From: Thermoplasmata archaeon
GTDB lineage: Archaea; Thermoplasmatota; Thermoplasmata; Lutacidiplasmatales; UBA184
DNA length: 64,000 nucleotides
Assembly: GCA_052326445.1 (NCBI GenBank)
Contig: JBKQNC010000007.1
Location: 4,690-68,689 of the forward strand
Reading direction: 5' to 3'
Shown here: positions 25,038 through 32,475 of the stretch, one piece after another
Position numbering within the stretch: position 1 is the stretch's first letter
Layout: each line of letters starts with the position of its first letter
Position numbers and translations under genes: made by a program
The notes under the pieces: model-generated
Told to the model about the DNA's origin: nothing
Database searches by the model: none
The model's input: the letters and a program-made list of their open reading frames with translations, nothing else

Positions 25038-26201
25038 GTGGGGCACCGGGCAGCGATTGTAGGGGCCGGCCACACCCGGTTCGGGGTGCTCGACGCTGGC
25101 CCCCGGGCCCTGCTCCGCAGTGCGGTCGACGCAGCCTTCTCGAGCGTCGACCGGGGCGCCGAGCGGAACCGAGTCGGTGAGGCGTTCCTGGCGACGCTCG
25201 GTTTCGGAGGCTGGCAGATCGGGAACTCCTCCGCGGTCCTCGACGAGGAGGCGGGGCTCATCGGGGTTCCGACGACGCGGGTCGAGAACGCGTGCGCGTC
25301 CGGGGGCTTCGCCCTCCGGGCGGCCGTCCGGGCGCTCGAGGAGGGACGGACCGACCTGGTCCTCGTCGCGGGGGTCGAGAAGATGACGGACCTCCGGGCC
25401 CCTCGACGCCGTTACTGGCTCGGCGTCTCGGGCGACACCGAGTGGGAGCGGCTCGCGGGACTCACGTTCGCCGGGGTCTACGGGCTGATCGCGTCCGAGT
25501 ACGTCCACCGCTACCCCTCCGCGCGCGACGCCCTCGCCGAGGTCGCTGTCAAGAACCACGAGAACGGAAGCCGAAACCCGAACGCCCACTTTCAGAAGCG
25601 GGTCACTCGGGAGGACGTGCTGAGGGCCGCCCGGGTCGCGGAACCGCTAGGCCTCTTCGACTGTTGCCCGGTCAGCGACGGGGCAGCCGCGCTCCTCCTG
25701 GCGCGGGCGGACCGCGCGCACGAGTTCACGGACACGCCCGTGTACGTCGACGGCCTCGGCGCGGCGAGCGACCGCCTGGCCGTCCAGGACCGACCGGACC
25801 TGACCCGATTCACGGCGACGCACCGGGCCGGCGAGCAGGCCTTCCTGGATGCGGGGCTCGCCCGGGACGCAGTGCAGTTCCTCGAGGTTCACGATTGCTT
25901 CACGATCGCGGAGCTTCTCGCTCTCGAGGACCTCGGGTTCGCACCGCCCGGGGGGGCGGTCGAGTTGACCCTGTCGGGTGCGACCCGGGCCGCCGGGCGT
26001 CTCCCGGTCAACCCCGACGGCGGACTCAAGGCCAAGGGCCACCCGATCGGAGCGACCGGGGTCAGCCAAGTGTACGAGATCTTCCTCCAGCTCCGAGCCG
26101 CCGCTGGCGCCCGCCAGGTTCCCGCCGCCGAGACCGCCCTCGCCCACAACGTCGGGGGAGCCGGGGCGACCGCGACCGTGACGCTCTTTTCCCGGGGGTA
26201 G
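25038..26201 (+). CDS. Thiolase (acetyl-CoA acetyltransferase, archaeal type)
   Basis: GTG 25038 gives (M)GHRAAIVGAGHTRFG. It has the active-site Cys context VENACASGG, and C-terminal HDCF and GGGLKAKGHPIGATG. Confidence 0.85.
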   Translation: MGHRAAIVGAGHTRFGVLDAGPRALLRSAVDAAFSSVDRGAERNRVGEAFLATLGFGGWQIGNSSAVLDEEAGLIGVPTTRVENACASGGFALRAAVRALEEGRTDLVLVAGVEKMTDLRAPRRRYWLGVSGDTEWERLAGLTFAGVYGLIASEYVHRYPSARDALAEVAVKNHENGSRNPNAHFQKRVTREDVLRAARVAEPLGLFDCCPVSDGAAALLLARADRAHEFTDTPVYVDGLGAASDRLAVQDRPDLTRFTATHRAGEQAFLDAGLARDAVQFLEVHDCFTIAELLALEDLGFAPPGGAVELTLSGATRAAGRLPVNPDGGLKAKGHPIGATGVSQVYEIFLQLRAAAGARQVPAAETALAHNVGGAGATATVTLFSRG

Positions 26202-26205
26202 ATCG

Positions 26206-27213
26206 GTGGCCGGTCTCGAGCGCGGGGCGGTCTACGTGCCCGGATACCGTCGGGACGGAAAGGCCGTCGCCGGACCCGATGAGGATGCCTTCACGCTCGC
26301 GGCGACCGCCCTCGAGATCCTCGCGACCGTGTCCAACGGATCACCCTCCCCGACGTCCGTGCACCTTATCGGAACCTTTCCGCCCGTGGTAGAGTGGGGG
26401 ATGGCTGCCTTCCTCGGCCACCCGGTCGAGCTGGTCCATCATGCTGCAGGCCCGGAAGGCCTCCTCGAGGCCGTGGCCGCAATGCATTCTAGTGGCCCCT
26501 CGCACCCGGCGCTGCTCGTCGCGGTCGACCTATCCGACTCCCCAGGCGAGGCGCCGATGGCCGTGGCGCTCCGGTACGCTCCTTCGGCCGTCTCCTCCCC
26601 TGTCCCGGTGGGGAGGACCGAGGGAGCGGCCGCCGCCGCGCGCGAGCTCGTGGGAACGTTGCCGACCGCGTCGAGAGCCGAGGAAACGAGCGCCCTTCGC
26701 CGCCCTCCGCCCTCCGAATCCGCGATCCGCGCGTGGCACAAGACTTCGCTCGAGACCCTCTCGGAGGGGGCGTACGTGCCCCGCGCGCGGTATCTCGAGA
26801 ACCTGCCGAGCCGCTGGCGGCTCGAGGCCGAGCGATGTGCCCGGTGCGCCTTCCTCACCTTCCCGGCCCGAGGCCGGTGCCGGTCCTGCGGGGCCGAGGA
26901 GGGTCTATCGACCGAGTCGCTCCCGAGGGAGGGGGCCCGGGTGGTCGCCGCGACCACGATCGGCAAGGGAGGCCAGCCGACCGAATTCGACGCCCAGGTC
27001 GAGGCCCTCGGGGAGTACTCGGTCGTGCTGGCCGAATTCGCCCCCGACGTGCGGTTGACCCTTCAAGTCACGGACGCGGCTCCCGGCGAGGTCTCTATCG
27101 GCGCCCCGATCGGCACGCGGCTCCGGCGTCTCTACCCGATGGAGGGGGAATGGCGGTACGGCCGCAAGGCGGTTCCGCTCTCGACCTCGGGGACCCCTTC
27201 TAGCGGTCCGTAG
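26206..27213 (+). CDS. Fusion protein: degenerate HMG-CoA-synthase-like N-terminal half + DUF35 (zinc ribbon/OB fold)
   Basis: The N-terminal GAVYVPGYR...GPDEDAFTLAATALE resembles the HMGCS N-terminus, but the expected catalytic Cys position reads HHAAG. The C-terminus has CARCAFLTFPARGRCRSCG plus an OB-like segment typical of DUF35. Confidence 0.65.
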   Translation: MAGLERGAVYVPGYRRDGKAVAGPDEDAFTLAATALEILATVSNGSPSPTSVHLIGTFPPVVEWGMAAFLGHPVELVHHAAGPEGLLEAVAAMHSSGPSHPALLVAVDLSDSPGEAPMAVALRYAPSAVSSPVPVGRTEGAAAAARELVGTLPTASRAEETSALRRPPPSESAIRAWHKTSLETLSEGAYVPRARYLENLPSRWRLEAERCARCAFLTFPARGRCRSCGAEEGLSTESLPREGARVVAATTIGKGGQPTEFDAQVEALGEYSVVLAEFAPDVRLTLQVTDAAPGEVSIGAPIGTRLRRLYPMEGEWRYGRKAVPLSTSGTPSSGP

Positions 27214-28978
27214 TGGCCGACTTCGGGGCCTCCCACGGGACCCCGATCCACGCCTCGTAGACCTTCTTTCCGAGGTCGGTCGTCGTCGCGAGCGGTGCGA
27301 ATCGGTATTTCTCCGGAGGGGGAGCGCCGGCGGTCAGCGCGACGTGGCGCAGGTAGCCCCGACGGAAGAGCGCGAGGTCGAGCGCGGTTCCCGGCGGGTA
27401 GCCCTCGAGGTCCTTCGTGAAGGTGGAGGAGGTGACCTTGCTGCCGTTCACTGCCACGATCTCGTCCCCGGGGCTCACTCCGGCCCGATGTGCGGGGGTG
27501 TCGAGGAGGACCTGCGTGACCCGGACGAAGCCGCCGACGTCGCGGTGCCGAATGCCGAGGTAGCCGGGGTCGGGGCCCGGGTCGTCCGATGGCTTCGGTT
27601 TGGCCCCGAACGTGAGTCCGGCGTAGTTGGCGAAATGGTCGAGGTCGAGCTCGGCCGTCCCGCGGATGTACCGGTCGAAGAACTCGCCCAGCTCGAGCCC
27701 GGTGGCCCGCTCCGCGACCGACTGGATCTCGCCCTCAGCGAGTCCCCGGCTCGGCGCTCCGTACTCCTTCCACAGGAGGCGGGCGATCGACTCGAGGGAG
27801 GCCCGGGTCTCGGTCCGGTGCCGGACCTCGAGGTCGAGGCAGAGCGAGACGAGGTACCCCTTGCTGTAGTAGGAGACCGTCTGGTTCGGGGATTCCTCGT
27901 ACTGTTGGTAGTAGTCGACCCAGGCGATCTGGGAGAGCTCCTCGAGCGAAAGCGAACGGCGGCCGGGCGCATCCAGGACGAGCTTGGCGATCTTGGCGCT
28001 CTCCTCGCAGAACCGGCTCGGCGAGAGCAGGCCGGCGCGGCGGAGGATGAGGTCGGCGAAGTAGTCGGTCGTCCCCTCCATCCACCACAGCTGACGGGTG
28101 TAGACCTCCCGGGTGTAGTCGAAGGGGCCGAAGACCCTCGGCCGGATCCGCTTGACATTGTACAGGTGGAAGTACTCGTGGCTCTCCAGTCCCAAGAACC
28201 GCTCGTATCGCTCGCGGGGTTCAAAGGTCGTCCGTTGGACGACCGCGGAGTTCGACGTCGCGTGCTCGAGCCCCCCGTCCGGCACGTCGGTCAAATGGAC
28301 GAAGAACGTGTAGCCGGCGAGCGGGGAATCGCCCATGAGGCGGATCGTCGCGTCGACGATCTTCTCGAAGTCCTGCTCCAGCCGATGGGCTTCGTAGTTC
28401 CCTCCCTCCCCGCAGAGCGCGATGCGGTGGGGGATCCCATGGGGCCGGATGGTCAGGACGAGGGGGTGGCCTGCATCGATCGGAGAATCGACGAGCTCGT
28501 CGTAGCTGCGGGCGCGGTAGGTCGGCGGTCGGGAGCGTACCTCCTCGAGCTCGGTGACGACCCGCCAGTCGGGAGGGAGGTGGAGCTCGACCTCGACCGG
28601 ATCCTCCTGGTGATGGTCGACGTACGGAAGGGAGAGGGCGGCGTTGAGGAACAAATGGTCCGGGGTCAGGTCGAAGGCCTCCGTGACCAGTTCGTGGCCG
28701 TAGACGGTGTAGTCGACCCGGAGGTCGGCTTGGCCTTCGGTGGCGATCCGCCACCGGGTGGACTCGACCCGCTGCGTTGCGAGGAGGGCCCCGTCGTGGC
28801 TCGCGCGGGCCGTCACGTTCCGGAACCCCCGAACGTAGTTCACCAGGTGATAGGAACCCGGCACCCAGGAGGGGACGACGAGGTCCACCGTCGGCTCGGT
28901 CACGCCCGTCAACTCGACGGTAAACCGACCCCGGTGACCCTCGCGTGCGATGGCGTCCACCCGGTACCGGATTTGCAC
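27200..28978 (-). CDS. M61 family glycyl aminopeptidase with C-terminal PDZ domain
   Basis: It has the zinc motif HEYFHLYNVKRIRP and a PDZ-like GVSPGDEIVAVNGSKV. 592 aa with a GTG start. Confidence 0.85.
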   Translation of the reverse strand: MQIRYRVDAIAREGHRGRFTVELTGVTEPTVDLVVPSWVPGSYHLVNYVRGFRNVTARASHDGALLATQRVESTRWRIATEGQADLRVDYTVYGHELVTEAFDLTPDHLFLNAALSLPYVDHHQEDPVEVELHLPPDWRVVTELEEVRSRPPTYRARSYDELVDSPIDAGHPLVLTIRPHGIPHRIALCGEGGNYEAHRLEQDFEKIVDATIRLMGDSPLAGYTFFVHLTDVPDGGLEHATSNSAVVQRTTFEPRERYERFLGLESHEYFHLYNVKRIRPRVFGPFDYTREVYTRQLWWMEGTTDYFADLILRRAGLLSPSRFCEESAKIAKLVLDAPGRRSLSLEELSQIAWVDYYQQYEESPNQTVSYYSKGYLVSLCLDLEVRHRTETRASLESIARLLWKEYGAPSRGLAEGEIQSVAERATGLELGEFFDRYIRGTAELDLDHFANYAGLTFGAKPKPSDDPGPDPGYLGIRHRDVGGFVRVTQVLLDTPAHRAGVSPGDEIVAVNGSKVTSSTFTKDLEGYPPGTALDLALFRRGYLRHVALTAGAPPPEKYRFAPLATTTDLGKKVYEAWIGVPWEAPKSATTDR

Positions 28979-28991
28979 GGGGCGCTCCGGC

Positions 28992-29204
28992 CTAGGCGAA
29001 TCCGCGCAGGTCCCGGTCGTCGGACTTCTTGACCCCGTACGGCTCCCCGGCGATGCCGAGGTGGGCCGCCAAGCCGCGGAAGGTGGTGACCAGTTGGTTG
29101 ATCGATTGCGCCATCTGTCGCTGCTCGGCGCGCAGCTCTTCGATCTCCTTGCGGAGCATCCGGACCTCGGCTTCCCAGTGGCTCTCCTGCGATGTACCGC
29201 TCAC
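28992..29204 (-). CDS. Small coiled-coil protein, 70 aa
   Basis: Contains HWEAEVRMLRKEIEELRAEQRQMAQSINQLV. GC3 is high. It lies 13 nt upstream of the M61 peptidase start. Confidence 0.5.
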   Translation of the reverse strand: MSGTSQESHWEAEVRMLRKEIEELRAEQRQMAQSINQLVTTFRGLAAHLGIAGEPYGVKKSDDRDLRGFA

Positions 29205-29288
29205 GAGTGACCCGCTCCCGCCGACCGAGGGCGGTCGGCTTGATTAGGTGCGCGGAGCGGTTGGCACGCCCGGGGGGGCCGCCGAAGG

Positions 29289-29831
29289 CTACGTTCGGGT
29301 CCCCGACGGGCCGAACGGTGAGTCGGAAGTGCCCTTCTCGACGAAGGGGATCCAGTCCCCCTGGGGGGCGGAGAAGTCGACCCGTCGAAGCTCGAGGATG
29401 AACGACTTCAGGAGGTCCGAGGCGACCGGCCGGACCGAGATCGAATACACGTAGATCCCGAATCCCATGAACTCCACGACGCGCCGCAACACTTCCGGCA
29501 GGTCCTCCCGAGGTACGGTGACCCGCAGCGAGGTCTCCCCGAGCATGCCGGAGAACTCGTCGACATCGAACGGGCGCTCCAAGGTGATCAGAGGGGCCGG
29601 CGCGGCGGCCGGGGTCGAGGGGGGGGCGGAAGAAGACGGAGGGACTGTAGGAGGCGGTGAGTGGGCGGGGGTCGAAGGCTCGACGGTCCGGGGGGGCCCC
29701 CGCGGGCTTAGCGAGGGGTCCTTTTCCGGGTACTTGTCTAGTACGGGGGACGCGTCGCGCCCCACGAAACCCCCCTTCCGAGCGGAGGAGGGGCGGGACG
29801 CCGTGGCCGGTTTCTTCTTCCGAGGGGCCAT
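29289..29831 (-). CDS. Hypothetical protein: basic/Pro-rich disordered N-half + about 90-aa globular C-domain
   Basis: It starts MAPRKKKPATASRPSSARKGG. A Pro/Ser/Thr-rich linker is followed by LERPFDVDEFSGMLGETSLRVTVPREDLPEVLRRVVEFMGFGIYVYSISVRP. I recognise no family. Confidence 0.6.
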   Translation of the reverse strand: MAPRKKKPATASRPSSARKGGFVGRDASPVLDKYPEKDPSLSPRGPPRTVEPSTPAHSPPPTVPPSSSAPPSTPAAAPAPLITLERPFDVDEFSGMLGETSLRVTVPREDLPEVLRRVVEFMGFGIYVYSISVRPVASDLLKSFILELRRVDFSAPQGDWIPFVEKGTSDSPFGPSGTRT

Positions 29832-29954
29832 ACTGGAGGTCCTTAGGCGCCCTGCCCCTTAAGGTGCCGGAGCTGGGGGAAGCACCGGACCCGTACGGGG
29901 GGAACCGCTCGGTCCGATCCGGTCCAACGAAACCCTTCAGGGGACGGACTCAGT

Positions 29955-30010
29955 GGGTTTGTAGCGATACGCACCATGTGAGTCCACCTCACGGGCTAGG
30001 GGTTTTGTAG
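29955..30010 (+). promoter_or_regulatory. Two direct repeats GGGTTTGTAG / GGGTTTTGTAG, 45 nt apart, flanking a GTGAG-N5-CTCAC hairpin, upstream of the radical SAM gene
   Basis: Read directly from the sequence: 29955-29964, 30000-30010, and the hairpin at 29978-29992. They lie upstream of a TTAAGTAA TATA-like box (30031-30038), in the least GC-rich intergenic region of the window. Confidence 0.35.
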
Positions 30011-30103
30011 TCACTCTCACGACAATCTGATTAAGTAAGGCCAAGCTGCTGGCCCGAGCAAGCTGATGCCGAAGGGTGTTGGCCAAAACTGAGGGAAACG
30101 AGA

Positions 30104-31816
30104 ATGCCGGCGCGTGTGATGAAGGAATTCCAGGCCCCCCGCGGACTGCCCCGTAAGACGGCGTCAGTCTGCCCCGAGTGCATCAAGGTCATCCCCGCGG
30201 TCGTCCGGGAGAAGGACCACCGTGTGATCATGGAGAAGACGTGCCGGACGCACGGCTACTTCTGGGACATTATCTCGAACGATGTCGACTTCTACCTCCG
30301 GATGGAGGTCTACGCCCACGACGGGGTCGGCTACGAGAACCCCTACTACGACAAGTTCATCGGCTGCCCGACGACCTGCGGCATGTGCAGCCACCACAAA
30401 TCCCACACAGGACTCGCCCTGATCGACCTCACGAACCGGTGCAACCTGAAGTGCCCGGTCTGCTTCGCGAACGCCAACGCCGCGGGGTACGTCTTCGAGC
30501 CCACCCGCGAGCAGATCCACTTCATGCTGAAGACCCTCCGGGAGCAGAAGCCGGTGGGCACGGTTGCCGTCCAGTTCTCGGGCGGGGAACCGACGCTCTC
30601 ACCGCTCTTCCTGGACGCGGTCGGGATGGCCCGCGACCTCGGCTTCAAGCAGGTCCAGGTCGCCACGAACGGGATCCGGGTCGCCAATGAGCCCGGCTTC
30701 GCCCAGGCGTGCCGGGACAATGGGCTGCACACCCTCTACCTCCAGTTCGACGGGCTGGACGACGAGATCTACCGGAAGGTCCGCGGCGTGCCCCTGCTCA
30801 AGGTGAAGCAGAAGGCGATCCAGGCGGCCCGGGAGACCCACTCGCCGGCTTCCGACCTCGCGGCCGGAAAGCCCGACAAGCCCCTCTCCATCGTGCTGGT
30901 CCCGACGCTGGTCGGCGGGTTCAACGAGAAGGAGATCTGGCCCACGGTCAAGTTCGCGATCGACAACATCGACGTCGTCCGCGGCGTCAACTTCCAGCCG
31001 GTCGCGCTCACGGCCCGGATCCCCGACAAGGACCGCTTCCAGATGCGGTTCACCCAGTCGGACCTGGTCCGGATCCTCTGCACGGAGGGACCGTTCGAAA
31101 AGTCGGACTTCTTCCCCGTGCCGTCGGTCGCTCCCATCTCGGAGCTCGCCTCGATCATCCACGGCGAGGAGAAGATGACCCTCACGACCCACCCCGGATG
31201 CGGGTGCGCGACCTTCGCCTTCGTCTCGAAGGACGGACAGAAGATCACGCCGCTCCCCCGGTTCATGGACGTCGACGGGTTCTTCGAGAACGTCGAGACG
31301 ATGATCGAGAAGTACCGGGACGCCCGCTTCTCGCGGGTCCGGACGGCCGTGGCCGGCGCGAAGCTACTCCACGACGTGTCGAAGTACTTCGACTTCTCGA
31401 AGGCGCCCGACGGGGTCACGGAGAAGAACTGCGTCCGCATGATCGCCTCGATCTTTACCGAGGGGAACAAGGAAGCGGTCGCCAAGTTCACCTGGCGCAC
31501 CCTCTACATCGGGAACATGCACTTCCAGGACGCGTACGACTACGATATCCAGCGCTTGATGCGCTGCGACATCCACTACGCCGTTCCGGACGGGCGGATC
31601 ATTCCGTTCTGCTCGTACAACTCGGGCCCCATCTACCGGACGGAGGTCGAGAAGAAGTTCTCGATCCCGATCCCCGACTGGCAGGCGGCCAAGAAGCAGG
31701 GCGGCGCCGCGTTGAAGACCATCGAGACGATGGGCATCAACGGCGAGGTCATCGTCGACCCCGAGTACTACCGCGTGCGGGCGCTCAAGGGCGCCCCCGG
31801 GATGTCTTCGACGTAG
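30104..31816 (+). CDS. tes: Radical SAM enzyme, probable tetraether lipid synthase (Tes / GDGT-MAS, COG1964-like)
   Basis: It has an N-terminal CPEC...CRTHG ribbon, then GCPTTCGMCSHHKSH, then the radical SAM motif LTNRCNLKCPVCFA and SGGEPTL. At 570 aa, the architecture matches my recollection of MJ0619-type proteins. Confidence 0.6.
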   Translation: MPARVMKEFQAPRGLPRKTASVCPECIKVIPAVVREKDHRVIMEKTCRTHGYFWDIISNDVDFYLRMEVYAHDGVGYENPYYDKFIGCPTTCGMCSHHKSHTGLALIDLTNRCNLKCPVCFANANAAGYVFEPTREQIHFMLKTLREQKPVGTVAVQFSGGEPTLSPLFLDAVGMARDLGFKQVQVATNGIRVANEPGFAQACRDNGLHTLYLQFDGLDDEIYRKVRGVPLLKVKQKAIQAARETHSPASDLAAGKPDKPLSIVLVPTLVGGFNEKEIWPTVKFAIDNIDVVRGVNFQPVALTARIPDKDRFQMRFTQSDLVRILCTEGPFEKSDFFPVPSVAPISELASIIHGEEKMTLTTHPGCGCATFAFVSKDGQKITPLPRFMDVDGFFENVETMIEKYRDARFSRVRTAVAGAKLLHDVSKYFDFSKAPDGVTEKNCVRMIASIFTEGNKEAVAKFTWRTLYIGNMHFQDAYDYDIQRLMRCDIHYAVPDGRIIPFCSYNSGPIYRTEVEKKFSIPIPDWQAAKKQGGAALKTIETMGINGEVIVDPEYYRVRALKGAPGMSST

Positions 31817-32324
31817 ACCGCCGGGGCCCTCCGCGGCCAACCTCTTCCTTTCCTTCTTCCCGTTCCACCCACGGAGCGGGCGCGCGCTCGAACAGCACGG
31901 CGCCCGGCCGTCGCCAGGTACGGCTCGCGGGCCGCTCCTCGAGGTCGAGTGCCTCGAGGCGACGGTCGACCTCGGACCAGACCTCGGCCGGCGCGAACGG
32001 TCGAGCCGGATAGCGGGGCGGGGCGTCGGGATGCCGTTCCCTCCAGCGGCCCGCCGCCTCGATGTGCTTGCAGGTGCCGAGGCCGCGACGGGCGAAGTCG
32101 GTACAGGTGCAGAGCGCGACCGACCGGTCGGGAAAAAGGGGGAGCATCACCCGGTAGGCGGTGCGATGAAGGGGATTCCTCACCTCGAGGATCGGGAACG
32201 GCACGAGTCGCTCCAGACGAACGTCCAACGGCTCCTCGACGGCCCGGCTGCGCCGCTCGGCCACCGCCCAGGGGTCGTCCTCGGCAGGGGGGTGGACGGG
32301 TCGCGGGCCCTGGTCGGGGTGCAC
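31785..32324 (-). CDS. SWIM zinc-finger protein
   Basis: Has the CxCx(n)CxH signature CTCTDFARRGLGTCKHIEAA. The GTG start lies 24 nt from the palindromic GTATATAC box. Confidence 0.7.
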   Translation of the reverse strand: MHPDQGPRPVHPPAEDDPWAVAERRSRAVEEPLDVRLERLVPFPILEVRNPLHRTAYRVMLPLFPDRSVALCTCTDFARRGLGTCKHIEAAGRWRERHPDAPPRYPARPFAPAEVWSEVDRRLEALDLEERPASRTWRRPGAVLFERAPAPWVEREEGKEEVGRGGPRRSTSKTSRGRP

Positions 32325-32344
32325 GCCGCCTCGAATCGGGGGGT

Positions 32345-32352
32345 GTATATAC
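32345..32352. promoter_or_regulatory. Palindromic TATA-like box GTATATAC
   Basis: It is centred about 24 nt upstream of the SWIM gene start (32324). It could also drive the plus-strand antiporter gene through a leader of about 100 nt. Confidence 0.4.
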
Positions 32353-32437
32353 GCAGGTTCTGCTAAGATTACACCTCGGCGTGCCGCCGGGGCCCTCGAT
32401 CCATGAGTCTTCCGCGCGGTCCGTCACGCCGGTTCGG

Positions 32438-32462
32438 CTCGGCCCGGCGCGAACGGGCCGAG
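32438..32462 (+). promoter_or_regulatory. GC-rich leader hairpin overlapping the SD-like GAGGGGG of the antiporter gene
   Basis: CTCGGCCCG (32438-46), a 7-nt loop, then CGGGCCGAG (32454-62) form a perfect 9-bp stem. The right arm overlaps GAGGGGG (32460-66), 9 nt before GTG 32476. Confidence 0.35.
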
Positions 32463-32475
32463 GGGGCGTGAGACC

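Noticed and set aside
30021-30095. Possible C/D-box sRNA (CTGA ... CTGATGC ... CTGA) in the Tes-like upstream region
   Set aside because: There is no proper RUGAUGA C box at the 5' end. The C'-like box is UGAUGC. The guide spacing (about 19 nt) is wrong for archaeal C/D sRNAs.
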